DNA from: Eledone cirrhosa
Taxonomy: Eukaryota
DNA: 64,000 bases
Direction: 5' to 3'
Assembly: GCA_964016885.1 (NCBI GenBank)
Contig: OZ024740.1
Location: 361,274,001-361,338,000 of the forward strand
Shown: positions 52,873 through 64,000 of the stretch, piece by piece
Layout: every line of letters starts with the position of its first letter
Numbering within the stretch: the stretch's first letter is position 1
Notes under the pieces: generated by a model
Database searches by the model: none
Told to the model about the DNA's origin: nothing
The model's input: only the letters and a program-made list of their open reading frames with translations
Program-made: the position numbers and the translations under genes

Positions 52873-55397
52873 ATATATTAAGTAAATGTGAAACATTTTC
52901 ATTTTTTACCATTTGTGGGGTTTCATCATCATTTAACGTCCATTTTTCCATGCTATCATGGGTTAGACAAGTTGTCCCATTGTGAGATAAGTCAGATCAG
53001 ATGACCTTGTCTTCTTCATACAGAACTGTTTCTGTCTTGGTTTCTATGACTGGATGCCTTTCCTAACACAAACCACATTTACAGTGTAGACTGGGTGCTT
53101 TTTACTGTGACACCGAAACAAATACTTAACAGTGTGGGCTGGGCGCTTTTTGTGACACCATTATGACCACTTTAGTGTGGACTAGGAGCTGGGATGAGAG
53201 AGGTGCGTATATGTAAGGTGGGGATTGGAGAGGTAGGTCTAGGGTGGGGATAATTAGATTTGGTACTATTGAGCCTTGCCTTGGATGATTTTAGTGGAGT
53301 CTACTCTGTAGCAAGCATTTGGATCAGGTTCCTTGTTTAATTCTTTAGCATTCACATTACTCTCTATATATACTATTATATTTTCATGGTATAGGCTTTA
53401 CCTCACATAATATCGAATCTATGAGATTTTGAAAGTATTTATTTTGAGAACAATACCTTAACATCAGTTTGAGCAACCAGTTACAGCCAGTTTCAACAGA
53501 AAAGGGTAAAGAACTCTGGCCGGTTTGAACATTAAAGGGTTAAAGAAAGCTTCCTCCCTCCATTCTATCAGTCTTGAGGGTTCTAAAAAATGTCATGTTC
53601 TTTCCTCCCTGATTTATGGTAAGAAAAAAAATTTGGCTGGTATTTCTAGATCATCAAGTGGCCATATTTGACTTTTAGTTTTCAGTGGTTGTGTGCACAG
53701 ATCAAACTAAGGAAACAATGTCGGTCACAACTCTTGGCAGAATAAAAAAAGCTATTTATCAGTTGAAACCAAGAAAACAATATTTCTATTTGTCTTTCCA
53801 TGATCTTATGAACCTAAAGTCCTAACGACTATGCTATGTACCTTAGTATATAAAAATTAGGTTAACAAAAAGACTTTGACTCTTATAAATGGATTTAATT
53901 TACTTATCAGTGAAGAGCTTGAGAGAGAGAGAACTGTGTTTGTAGAAGGGTTTATTGGAACAGTCAGAAGACTTTTACAATTTAGATGTTCTCAATGTAA
54001 CACAAAGATTAAACTCTACAATATAGCATGTATTAGTGTGCTGGAATGCTAGAATTCTTTTCTGCCGGCATGGAGAAACATGTAAAATGCTGCTGCTGAT
54101 TATATATATAAATGAGTTTGATACAAAAGGAAAGAGCTATGAACACAATGTGAAAGTTGACAATATTTATATTCACAATTTGACATTTTTATGACATCTG
54201 AAAGAGTTTGTTGTATTGAGTTACAAACCTTTTTGGAAATGCAAAACTAAGTTAAACAGTTGATACACATACACACCCAATTGGCTTTATACAGTTTGTC
54301 TCCTAATATTTCTCACAAGACATTGGTCAGCCTGAGGCTATAGTAAATGATTACCCAAGATGCCATTCTGACCGAAAAGAATATATTTAGTTTAGTAATA
54401 ATTTATAAACAAAAATTGACTACCAAGCTTCATTAGATATCAGAGCAGTTCAGTGCCTAATCTGTTACCCTGTTTAACGCCATCAACTGGCCCTTGGAAA
54501 AAATGAAATCTACAGCTCATACCTATGTAGGTTTAGCTGGCCTCCTACTGGGTTGCATGTCATACATTTCTTGTGTGTTTTAATGATAGGAGACCCCAGT
54601 CTTATTAGGAAAAGCAACGTGAAATGAAGTGTTTTGGTCAAGATCACATTCTGTCCGGTCCAGGAATCGAACCCACAAACTTATGATTGTGAATCTAACA
54701 CCTTAACTACTAGGCTATGTGCCTTCACATTTTGCACTTGAATGCCTTTTAGTTGAGTCCACTTTGTTGCAAGCATCCAGACCATTCTGCTCATTCCATT
54801 TTGAGTATGATTTCTATTACTGGATGCCCTTCTTAATGCCAACCACTTTACAACAAGGTGTATTGGATGCATTTTATCATTACACTAGCTCTGTTTCAAT
54901 TTATTTTGGTAGTTATGTAAGCAGAATCCTCAAGCACACCTTCCTGCAGGTCCTATATGAAGCAGCCGTCTCCAGTTGATCTGGCTAAATTCCCAAGCGA
55001 GACCAGCCGAGCTCATGGATTTTATCCAATCATCTTGCTTGGGGTCTTCCCCTGGGTCTCCTGCCAGTTGGTTTTGCCCATAAAATCTGTCCAGCAATTC
55101 TTTCCTGAAACATTCTAACCACATGTCTGTAATATCGGAGCTATGATCTTTCAGGTCACAGCTCCGATATTACGGTTATAATTTAAATGAGCTCTTTAAA
55201 ACTAACATTTTTGTATCATAAACCAGGGGTAGCCTCAGGCAGGTTGCTACCATCAAAACCATAAAAGAAAATCAAGTTAACAAATGTGACAAAACTGTTG
55301 CACCTAATTATTTTTTATGGCAGTTTTGATATATTGTATAAATTGCACAATGATTGCATTGCATAAAAATAAACATTTATTTTATTTTTCAATGTAG

Positions 55398-55529
<132 letters not shown>

Positions 55530-56378
55530 TGACCATGATTTTCAGATCATTTGGAAAATAATCAAGAATTTGGAGGGATTTAGTAATATAACTTTCTCAT
55601 TATTGAGCTAGTGTAAGGCAATAAATAGACAGTATTGGTAGGGCATTGTGGTATTTTGTTATGACACTACATTCTGTGTTAAAATTCAGCCAAAGCAAAC
55701 TTTGACTTTTATCATCCTTATGGGGTCAATAAAATAAAACACCAGTTAAGTACTAGGGTAAATATAATCAACTTTATCCTTCCCTCGAATTGCTGGCCTT
55801 GTGCCAATGCTAGAAAGTTTGGGAGAGAAATTAAAAGTTCTTATACAAAATTATAATGGCAGGTTTTTAGATAATCATACATACTTTTAAATATAATTTT
55901 GTATACTAGAACCATGGCAGTTTCAAGTTAGTATCAAATATATAACTAATGTTTGGAGCATAACTTAACAAAGGTTCTTATATAAATTGTTAGATTTTTA
56001 GACATATAAATGCTTTCAAATAAAGTTTTATATATCATAGAACTGTGAGCAGTTTCAGGCAGTTTGGTATCAAATGGGCTAAATATTATAATTTGAAATG
56101 TGTGCATCCAAACACAAATGACCATAATAATGGTTGATCACCATAAGTCAAGAAAAGTGGGTAACGAAGTGGAGACGAAAAAAAAAAAAGGGGGGGCAGT
56201 TTTTTTGTTTCCAATGGTGTGTTACCTGATTTGTTCAAACTGTTATTTATAGTCATCATCTATTATGGTCATTTACATTGGGATACACATTTCAAATTAG
56301 AAATTTTCTCAATGCTTAAGTTAACTGTTTTGTTAAATATATTTTATTCAATTTTTTTTATTTTCAATAATATCTTAG

Positions 56379-56525
<147 letters not shown>

Positions 56526-56729
56526 TAACATTTTTGTTTCTTTAATGTAATTATTTAATAGGAAACATTAAAAAATGGGTTTGTTAATTGAAATGTTTAT
56601 AGTAGCTTTATTACTGAACAGATTGTTGTGAACATTTGTAGTATTAGACTTTAATGAATAAATAAATATTCAGTAAAATGTTCTATAAGTATTAAACATA
56701 TCAACCCATATAAGATATGTTTACATATA

Positions 56730-57280
56730 ACAAACATACATCTAGTCGTGATGTTTTTACTATTAGAGCTGATGTGGAAAAGCAACTTGGCCACACTGCA
56801 GCTGCTTTTCAGGACTTGAAGCCTGTATACTCCAACTCCTCCATCAGCAAAAGCACAAAGCTCTGCCTGATCATCTGCCAATCATTGTGCCAATGGTGGC
56901 TTATGCTTACAAGACATGGAAAAAAAATTGCAAAATTTATAGAATTATAGATGTTTTCCATAGTATTTTCCCGAGAACGATACATAGGATTTCTTAGTGT
57001 GACCACACCACAAATGAGATCATGGAAAAGGCCAGGCTGAGTAATCTAAGGAATACTATCACTGTACAGCAGAAGATGCTTGACCATGTACTATGCATGT
57101 CGATGAAGAGACCCATGAAAGCCTCCCTTAAATGGCAGCCAGAAAGGAACAAGGCAAATAAGGTCCATGGAGAAAGACATGGGCCTGGCCTGGGAGCAGG
57201 CTCATGGCAGAGTTTGCAACCATGCAAAATGGAGATTTCTTGTCCAATGCTCCATAGAGAGCAAAAGTAACTAAAGTGTT
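56730..57280 (+). mobile_element. Decayed RTE-like LINE remnant in ADH intron 3
   Basis: Degenerate HVLCM..P...LKWQP signature of a LINE C-terminus. Confidence 0.5.
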
Positions 57281-57355
57281 TGTGTTATTTCTGATCTCTA
57301 AGTATTATTTGATAAGTAATGTACTGGTTAATTGATGGCCTTGTGCCAAAAGTAG

Positions 57356-57484
<129 letters not shown>

Positions 57485-58767
57485 TAAGATGTTAAAAAAA
57501 ATTGTGGTTGGTAATAAGGATTTCTAGCTGTAGAAGCTATGCCCTAAAAAGAAATAAGAGCACTCTTTGGTTGTATCAAGGGTGTATGACAACCTTTCTA
57601 GTGTTGGTGACACCATAAAATGCATCAAGTATACTCTGTAAAGTGGTTGGTAATAGGAAGTGGATTGAGTTGTAGAAAACCTGCCAAACAAAGGATTGAG
57701 AGGACTCTTTAGTGGTGTCAAAGTGTTGGTGTCATAAAATGCATCTGGTACACTCTGGTCAGTAGCCCCAATTAAGTACTGACTTGGTCTGTAATGACAT
57801 GTCCAAACTTTGTTAGAAATGTTACATGTAGCACTGTTTTGTTTTATGGCTGTGAATTTGAGCATCAAATGCTCAGATCACATGTCAAACACTGATTTAT
57901 ACAAAAGATAAGAATATCACCTCTTTCTCACTTGGTTATCTTCTACCAGTTCAGGATCCTTGGTGACACTGAAATTCACAGAAATCAAACCTGTGTGCAA
58001 ATACATGATGTAAATTTCATGACATGGTGGGAGGAATCTAGGACCTCAGCAAACGAGAGAGGGCATCTAGAGTAAATTCAGGAGTTGTTTGGTGACCAAG
58101 ACTAGTTAGTGAGACTGGAGATATCATCAGTCTGGCTCAGGATCACCAAGCTGGCTGAACAGACAGTATCTAGAGCATATCCAGGAGCTGTTAGGGAATC
58201 AAGACCAACTGGAGGACATCAGTGTGCCAAGTGGAAGGAAATTGCACCAGCTGAAAGATGATGCTGTTGTCAGTATTTGTTTGTTTGGAGTCTGAGAGTT
58301 TAGTTAACATTTTTATCATGCTTGCATGCATCGGATGAAGCATGGAGCTATCTTGGCTTCATGGGTATTAGACAAATGATGTCTCCCTTCTGGATAGGAT
58401 GCCAGTCTGTTACAGAATTAAACCTCAGCTGCCACTGATACTCAATTTCAGCTGAGTGAACAGAAGCAATGTGGAATGGAGCCTTGCTCGATGACACAAT
58501 GAGTCTCCTAATTTTGAAATTAAACCTATAACCTTATGATCATAAGCCCAACGCCATAACCTTTAGGCCATGCCTTCCAGAAGGTCCAAGCAGAAGCAAC
58601 TGTCTCCAATTGATCCAGCTGGATACCCATGCAAGACAAAATTGAGCTCATGCATTTTATCCAACCATTTTGCTCATGGTTGACCTTTGGGTCTCCTGCT
58701 GGTTGACTTTGCCTGTAAAATCTGTCCAGTGATTCTTTTCTTAGACATTCTAACCACATGTCCATAA

Positions 58768-59031
<264 letters not shown>

Positions 59032-59367
59032 TAAAAGACACTGTAATTAACTCTTTTCATACTAAACTGCCCCCATAGTTTTACAATATACAACTACTTA
59101 TTTTGAACAACACATGTAAAATAGTCCATCTTATCCTAGGCGATATTTATCCCTCATCAATTAATGTTACAGAAACTACAGATAAGCACCAACCTTATGG
59201 ATATTTGTCTTTCAGAAAACATTGCCTAACTGACTAGCTCACTATCCCTTAGAGATGCTGTGATCCAGAAAGGAATAGTTAGCTGACCAAATACCAGCTT
59301 AACCTTTTTGAAACCAAACTGTCTGAAACTGTCTCTGGTTCTACAATACCAAGTGTTTATTTTAAAG

Positions 59368-59532
59368 TCATCATCATCATCATCATCAGGTTTAGCGTCC
59401 GTGTTCCACGCTTGCATGGGTTTGGACGGGGGTTTTCCCACTTGAGGCAAGAGTGGTTGTCTTGCTCGCATAGGACTGTCTGGCGGGTTTTCTACAGTTG
59501 GATGCCCTTCCTAACACCAACCACATTTACAG
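59368..59532 (-). mobile_element. RTE 3'-end / SINE-tail fragment
   Basis: Near-identical reverse complement of about 8350-8500, with a (CAT)n tail. Confidence 0.8.
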
Positions 59533-59599
59533 TAAAGTGTTTATAATATTTAAAAACTTTCAAGCATAATTTTATGTAAGGACTATGATGATGATGATG

Positions 59600-60447
59600 A
59601 TTCCGTCAGGGAAATGGCCATGTTCGATATGCAGAAAAGGAACTGGCATAAATTCTATAAAATGCACACAATGCAGATCCTGGGTACACAAGAGATGTAG
59701 CGGGATAGCAGGCAAACTAACAGGTAGGGAGAAATATGTATGCAGTAGATGTACAGGGAAATTAGACAGTAGAAGTCGCACTGATAGACACATTTTTCAA
59801 ATGCAAGAGGGCGCTATAGAAGTGGTGGATAGCTTCCGGTACCTAGGAGATCAGATTAGCATGGGAGGAGGGTGTTCCGAGGCCATAGTATCTAGAATAA
59901 GGACGGGTTGGAAGACGTTTAAGGAGCTGCTTCCTCTGTTGACGAAGAAGGGTTTCTCCCTGCGTACGAAAGGCCGGTTGTATGATGCCTGTGTGAGGAG
60001 CGCGATGCTGCATGGTAGTGAGACATGGGCAGCAACTGCAGAGGATATGCGACGGCTGGAGAGAAATGAGGCAAGCATGCTCCGTTGGATGTGCAGTGTA
60101 AATGTGCGTGAACGACCCAGCATAAATGTGTTGAGAGAGAAACTGTGTCTGAGAGGGATAGAATGTAGTGTACGGGAGAGGAGACTGAGGTGGTATGGAC
60201 ATGTGATGCGCATGGAGGATGACCGATGGGTGAAGAAGTGCCAGGAAATGCCAGTTGAAGGAAGATGTGGTAGAGGTAGACCACGAAAAACATGGGCGGA
60301 GGTGGTGAGAACAGACCTCAGATTATTGAAGCTCACGGTGGAGATGACGAGGGACCGTGACGAGTGGAGAGATGCTGTGCTGAATAAGACCCGTCCCACC
60401 CTTGCAAGCAGGGAAAAGCGGACGTAAAATGATGATGATGATGATGA
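59600..60447 (+). mobile_element. 5'-truncated RTE LINE with uninterrupted frame, in ADH intron 5
   Basis: PSGKWPCSIC...FRYLG...LHGSETW...RRLRWYGHV...GRGRPRKTW; (ATG)n tail. Confidence 0.93.
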
Positions 60448-60759
60448 CTGTTAAGTTATGTTCCAAACATCAGATAATGAGAAAGTCGGTTATATTTGTA
60501 AATCCTTCCAAATTCTTGATTATTTTCAAAGTAATTTGAAAATAATAGGCAGTGTCTTTCATTAGACAACAAAAGGGTTAAATACTATTAACTGAATGAG
60601 CACTTAGTATGTGTAAGTAGTGTAGATTTTATTTTCTCTAGAGAAAAGTGGTAGTGACTTCAAAGTTACAGCTTGGTCACTTCATCTGGCAGCCAAATGA
60701 AGTGACCAAGCTGAAATTTTGAAGTCAGTGCTACTTTTCTCTGCAGATAAAATTTCCAA

Positions 60760-61562
60760 TAATAATTTTCTACTTTTGGCACAAGGCCAGCAATTACCCA
60801 GTGCATTACTGGTACTTTATTTTATTGACCCCCGTAAGGATGAAAGACAAAGTTAACCTCGGTGGGATTTGAACACAGAATGGCAAGGGCCGTAACTCTA
60901 TGCATAAAAGCATGGCGTCCGACCTTCTACTGACACTGCCAATAATAATGGTTTCTACTATAGGCACAAGGCCAGCAATTTGATGAGAGGGAAAAATTGA
61001 TTGAATTGACCCTAGTTCATTACTGGTACTTTATTTGATCAACCTCGTAAGGATGAAAGGCAAATCTAACCATGGCAGGATTTGAACTCAGACTGTAAAG
61101 GGTCGTAACTCTATGCTGTCAAGCATGATGTCTGATGCTCTACTGATACTGACAATCCATCAAATTTCCAATAATAATTGTTTCTACTTTTGGCACAAGG
61201 CCAGGAATTATCCCATCCCAGTGCATTACTGGTACTTTATTTCATCGACCCTGTAAGGATGAAAGGCAAAGTTAACCCCAGCGAGATTTGAACTCGGATC
61301 ATAAAGGGCCGTAACTCTATGGGGAAAAGCATGACGTCCGACCCTCTGCAGATACTGCCAATCCACCGCTTGAATAAAAATTGTTTCTACTTTTGGCACA
61401 AGGCCAGCAATTATCCCAGTGTATTACTGGTACTTTATTTTATCGACCCCGTAAGGATGGAAGGCAAAGTTAACCTTGGCAGGATTTCAACTCAGACCAT
61501 AAAGGGACGTAACTCTTTGCTGCAAAGCATGGCGTCCGACCCTCTACCGATACTGCCAATTT
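60760..61562 (-). repeat. Four tandem head-to-tail copies of a tRNA-derived SINE
   Basis: Units of about 185-225 bp repeat GGCACAAGGCCAGCAATT...ACTGGTACTTTATT...GGATGAAAGGCAAAGTT...GATTTGAACTC. Confidence 0.85.
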
Positions 61563-61695
61563 GGAAGGATGAAAGATAATGTTGATCTCATGTTAAAATA
61601 ATCATTGGTCATCGCTTGTTTTATATCAGAAATATGGTAATGAATGGGTTAACTCATTTCAGCTCTTTTTACTTCTATTTTTTTACCTTGTGTAG

Positions 61696-61827
<132 letters not shown>

Positions 61828-63765
61828 TGATATCTTTACTGCATTTTAGATCTGAAATGAATGTTTAGAAAAACATGTCAACCAGAGACTGACAAGTATT
61901 GAAACTTAGGTGTGTTTATTTTCTTTTACTGGTTTTAGTGATTAGACAGCAGCCTTGAAGGGATTTAGCTGATTATGTCGACCCTAATACTTGTTATTTC
62001 AAGTTTGGTATATATTTTATCAATCGATTTTTTTTTTTTATTTTTTTTTTTTTATTTTTTTTTTTTACACTCAGAGAGAGAGAGAGGCTTCTATCTAGTT
62101 TCTGCCTTCCAAATTCCACTCACAAGGCATTGGTCAATCAGAGGATATAGTATATGACATTTGCCCAAGGTGCTACTCAGTAGGACTGAATCCAGAACTA
62201 TGGTTGTGAAGTGAACTTTTTAACCACAATGCTATGTCTGTATATAGATAACTTCAGAGTGACTTTTAATAAAGATACAGGTGGCCACCAATATCATGTA
62301 TATTTTTTTATATATTCACTAGCAGATGTACCCGGCGTTGCTCGGGAAATGAATGACAGCCTGAATTGTTCAAGGTCGTTTATGGCTGAGCTAGTAATTT
62401 CTGAGTGCATGTCAGCTAATTGGCTAGCCAATGAGAGGTCGCCTCAATAGCACGTGCCAAATCGGCCTAGTACTTCAAAAGTTAAAAGGAGCCTAGTATT
62501 TGTACAAAGACAGACACACACACACACAGACCGACTTACTTTTATATATATAGATGACACTTTATTTCACATTGCTCCAATTCACTCAGCTGGGGAAAAA
62601 AATGAGTTGTAACTATAATTCAAAGGGCTGGTCATGTCACACTGAATCTCCCTGAGAACTACTTTAAAGTTATTTCTGTGGAATGCTCAACAACTTGCAT
62701 GTTAATTTGATGTGCAGGCTGTTCAGTTGTTGAAATCAACTGGAACAGACAGTAGTCCAACACAAACAGGTATACTTTCACTGCTCTCAGATGAACCAGG
62801 GATGGAAACTTTGGATTATAAATTTAACCCTTTAGCATTTAAATTGGCTGTATCTGGTCAGAATTCTCTCACCTCTTTCTCTTCAAACCAGTTGTAACTG
62901 GCTGCTTCTACTTATGTTAGGGTATTGTTCTCAAAATAAATATCAAAATCTCATAGATTCGATATGTGAGATAAAGGGTTATCTTGAAAATACAATAGTA
63001 AATATAATGTAAATGCTAAAGGGTTAAGTGAACTTTTTTTTTTTAATAGCATTAATGTCAGCATTCTCTCCCATTGTTTTGATACACCTGTATAAAACAT
63101 GGTGTGCAGCCTAGTGGTTAGGGTATTGGTCTCAGGTTGTGAGTTCCAGGCAGTGAATTGAGTCCTTTGGTAAACCACTTCATTTCACATTGCTTTAGTG
63201 GATTTAGCTGGAAAAAAAAAGATTCCCAGCAGTAGCTGGAGGTTAACCCTGTAATGGACTAGTGTCCTGTCAAACTAGGGGGCTTGTACTTTCTCATTTA
63301 ATGCCAGTGAAACCAGGATCATTTCCAGGCTGAGAACTTCTGGACTCAAGATATCAACCTGCCCAAAATCACCACTGATTCTATGAAACAAAACCAATCA
63401 TTTCAAGGGTACCTACTTAAATTAAAATCTTACAATGTTTGATATAAGAACCTTGTGTTATATTACTAATACCACTATGATATTCTGTAATGACTTAGCA
63501 GAAAATATCTAAAAATGAATTTGCTAATTCAAAATTTAATTCAAACATTTATACTAACTTTATTAGTGGAGAGATCTTTGTAAAGATTTGCAATTTTGGA
63601 GTAAAGATTTTAATTTGAATGTGATAGTGGTAGTGGTCTTTTACACTTTTCAAGGATATGTTATTATTGAAATAATAATTTTAATAAATCTCACCACATT
63701 CTGCCTTAATTAATTTAAATACAGTGTCTCAGAAACATGTTAATGAAAGGGTTAACTTGTTTTAA

Positions 63766-63915
<150 letters not shown>

Positions 63916-64000
63916 TAGACAGATTTGTTGTTTTTTCAGTTTCATCCTTTTCATACTAACCCACCTGAAATCACCCTTAGTTCTATGATACAAAAATTGC

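Overview
Eukaryotic, AT-rich, repeat-dense animal genomic DNA, very probably an octopod cephalopod: the host protein closely resembles Octopus class III alcohol dehydrogenase as I recall it. The one host gene is ADH5/class III ADH (GSNO reductase) on the + strand; seven coding exons are traceable from 46361 to 63910 and the gene runs off the window end. Bases 1-21.3 kb are a nest of Penelope-like elements (PLEs) and their terminal-repeat fragments, mostly inserted into (TA)n tracts. By eye I find 13 hammerhead-ribozyme motifs in about 7 sequence families, including a U3-A8 core variant. Also present: a full-length GC-rich Ty3/gypsy-like LTR element (3673-7904) inserted into an RTE LINE; a 5.8 kb 41/32-bp minisatellite that produces spurious long ORFs; a CsRn1-like gypsy element (31338-36220) whose 5' LTR is replaced by a perfect 126-bp hairpin; and many LINE, SINE and MITE remnants. 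All calls come from manual reading, with no database searches, so repeat boundaries are approximate unless a TSD or splice site is cited.
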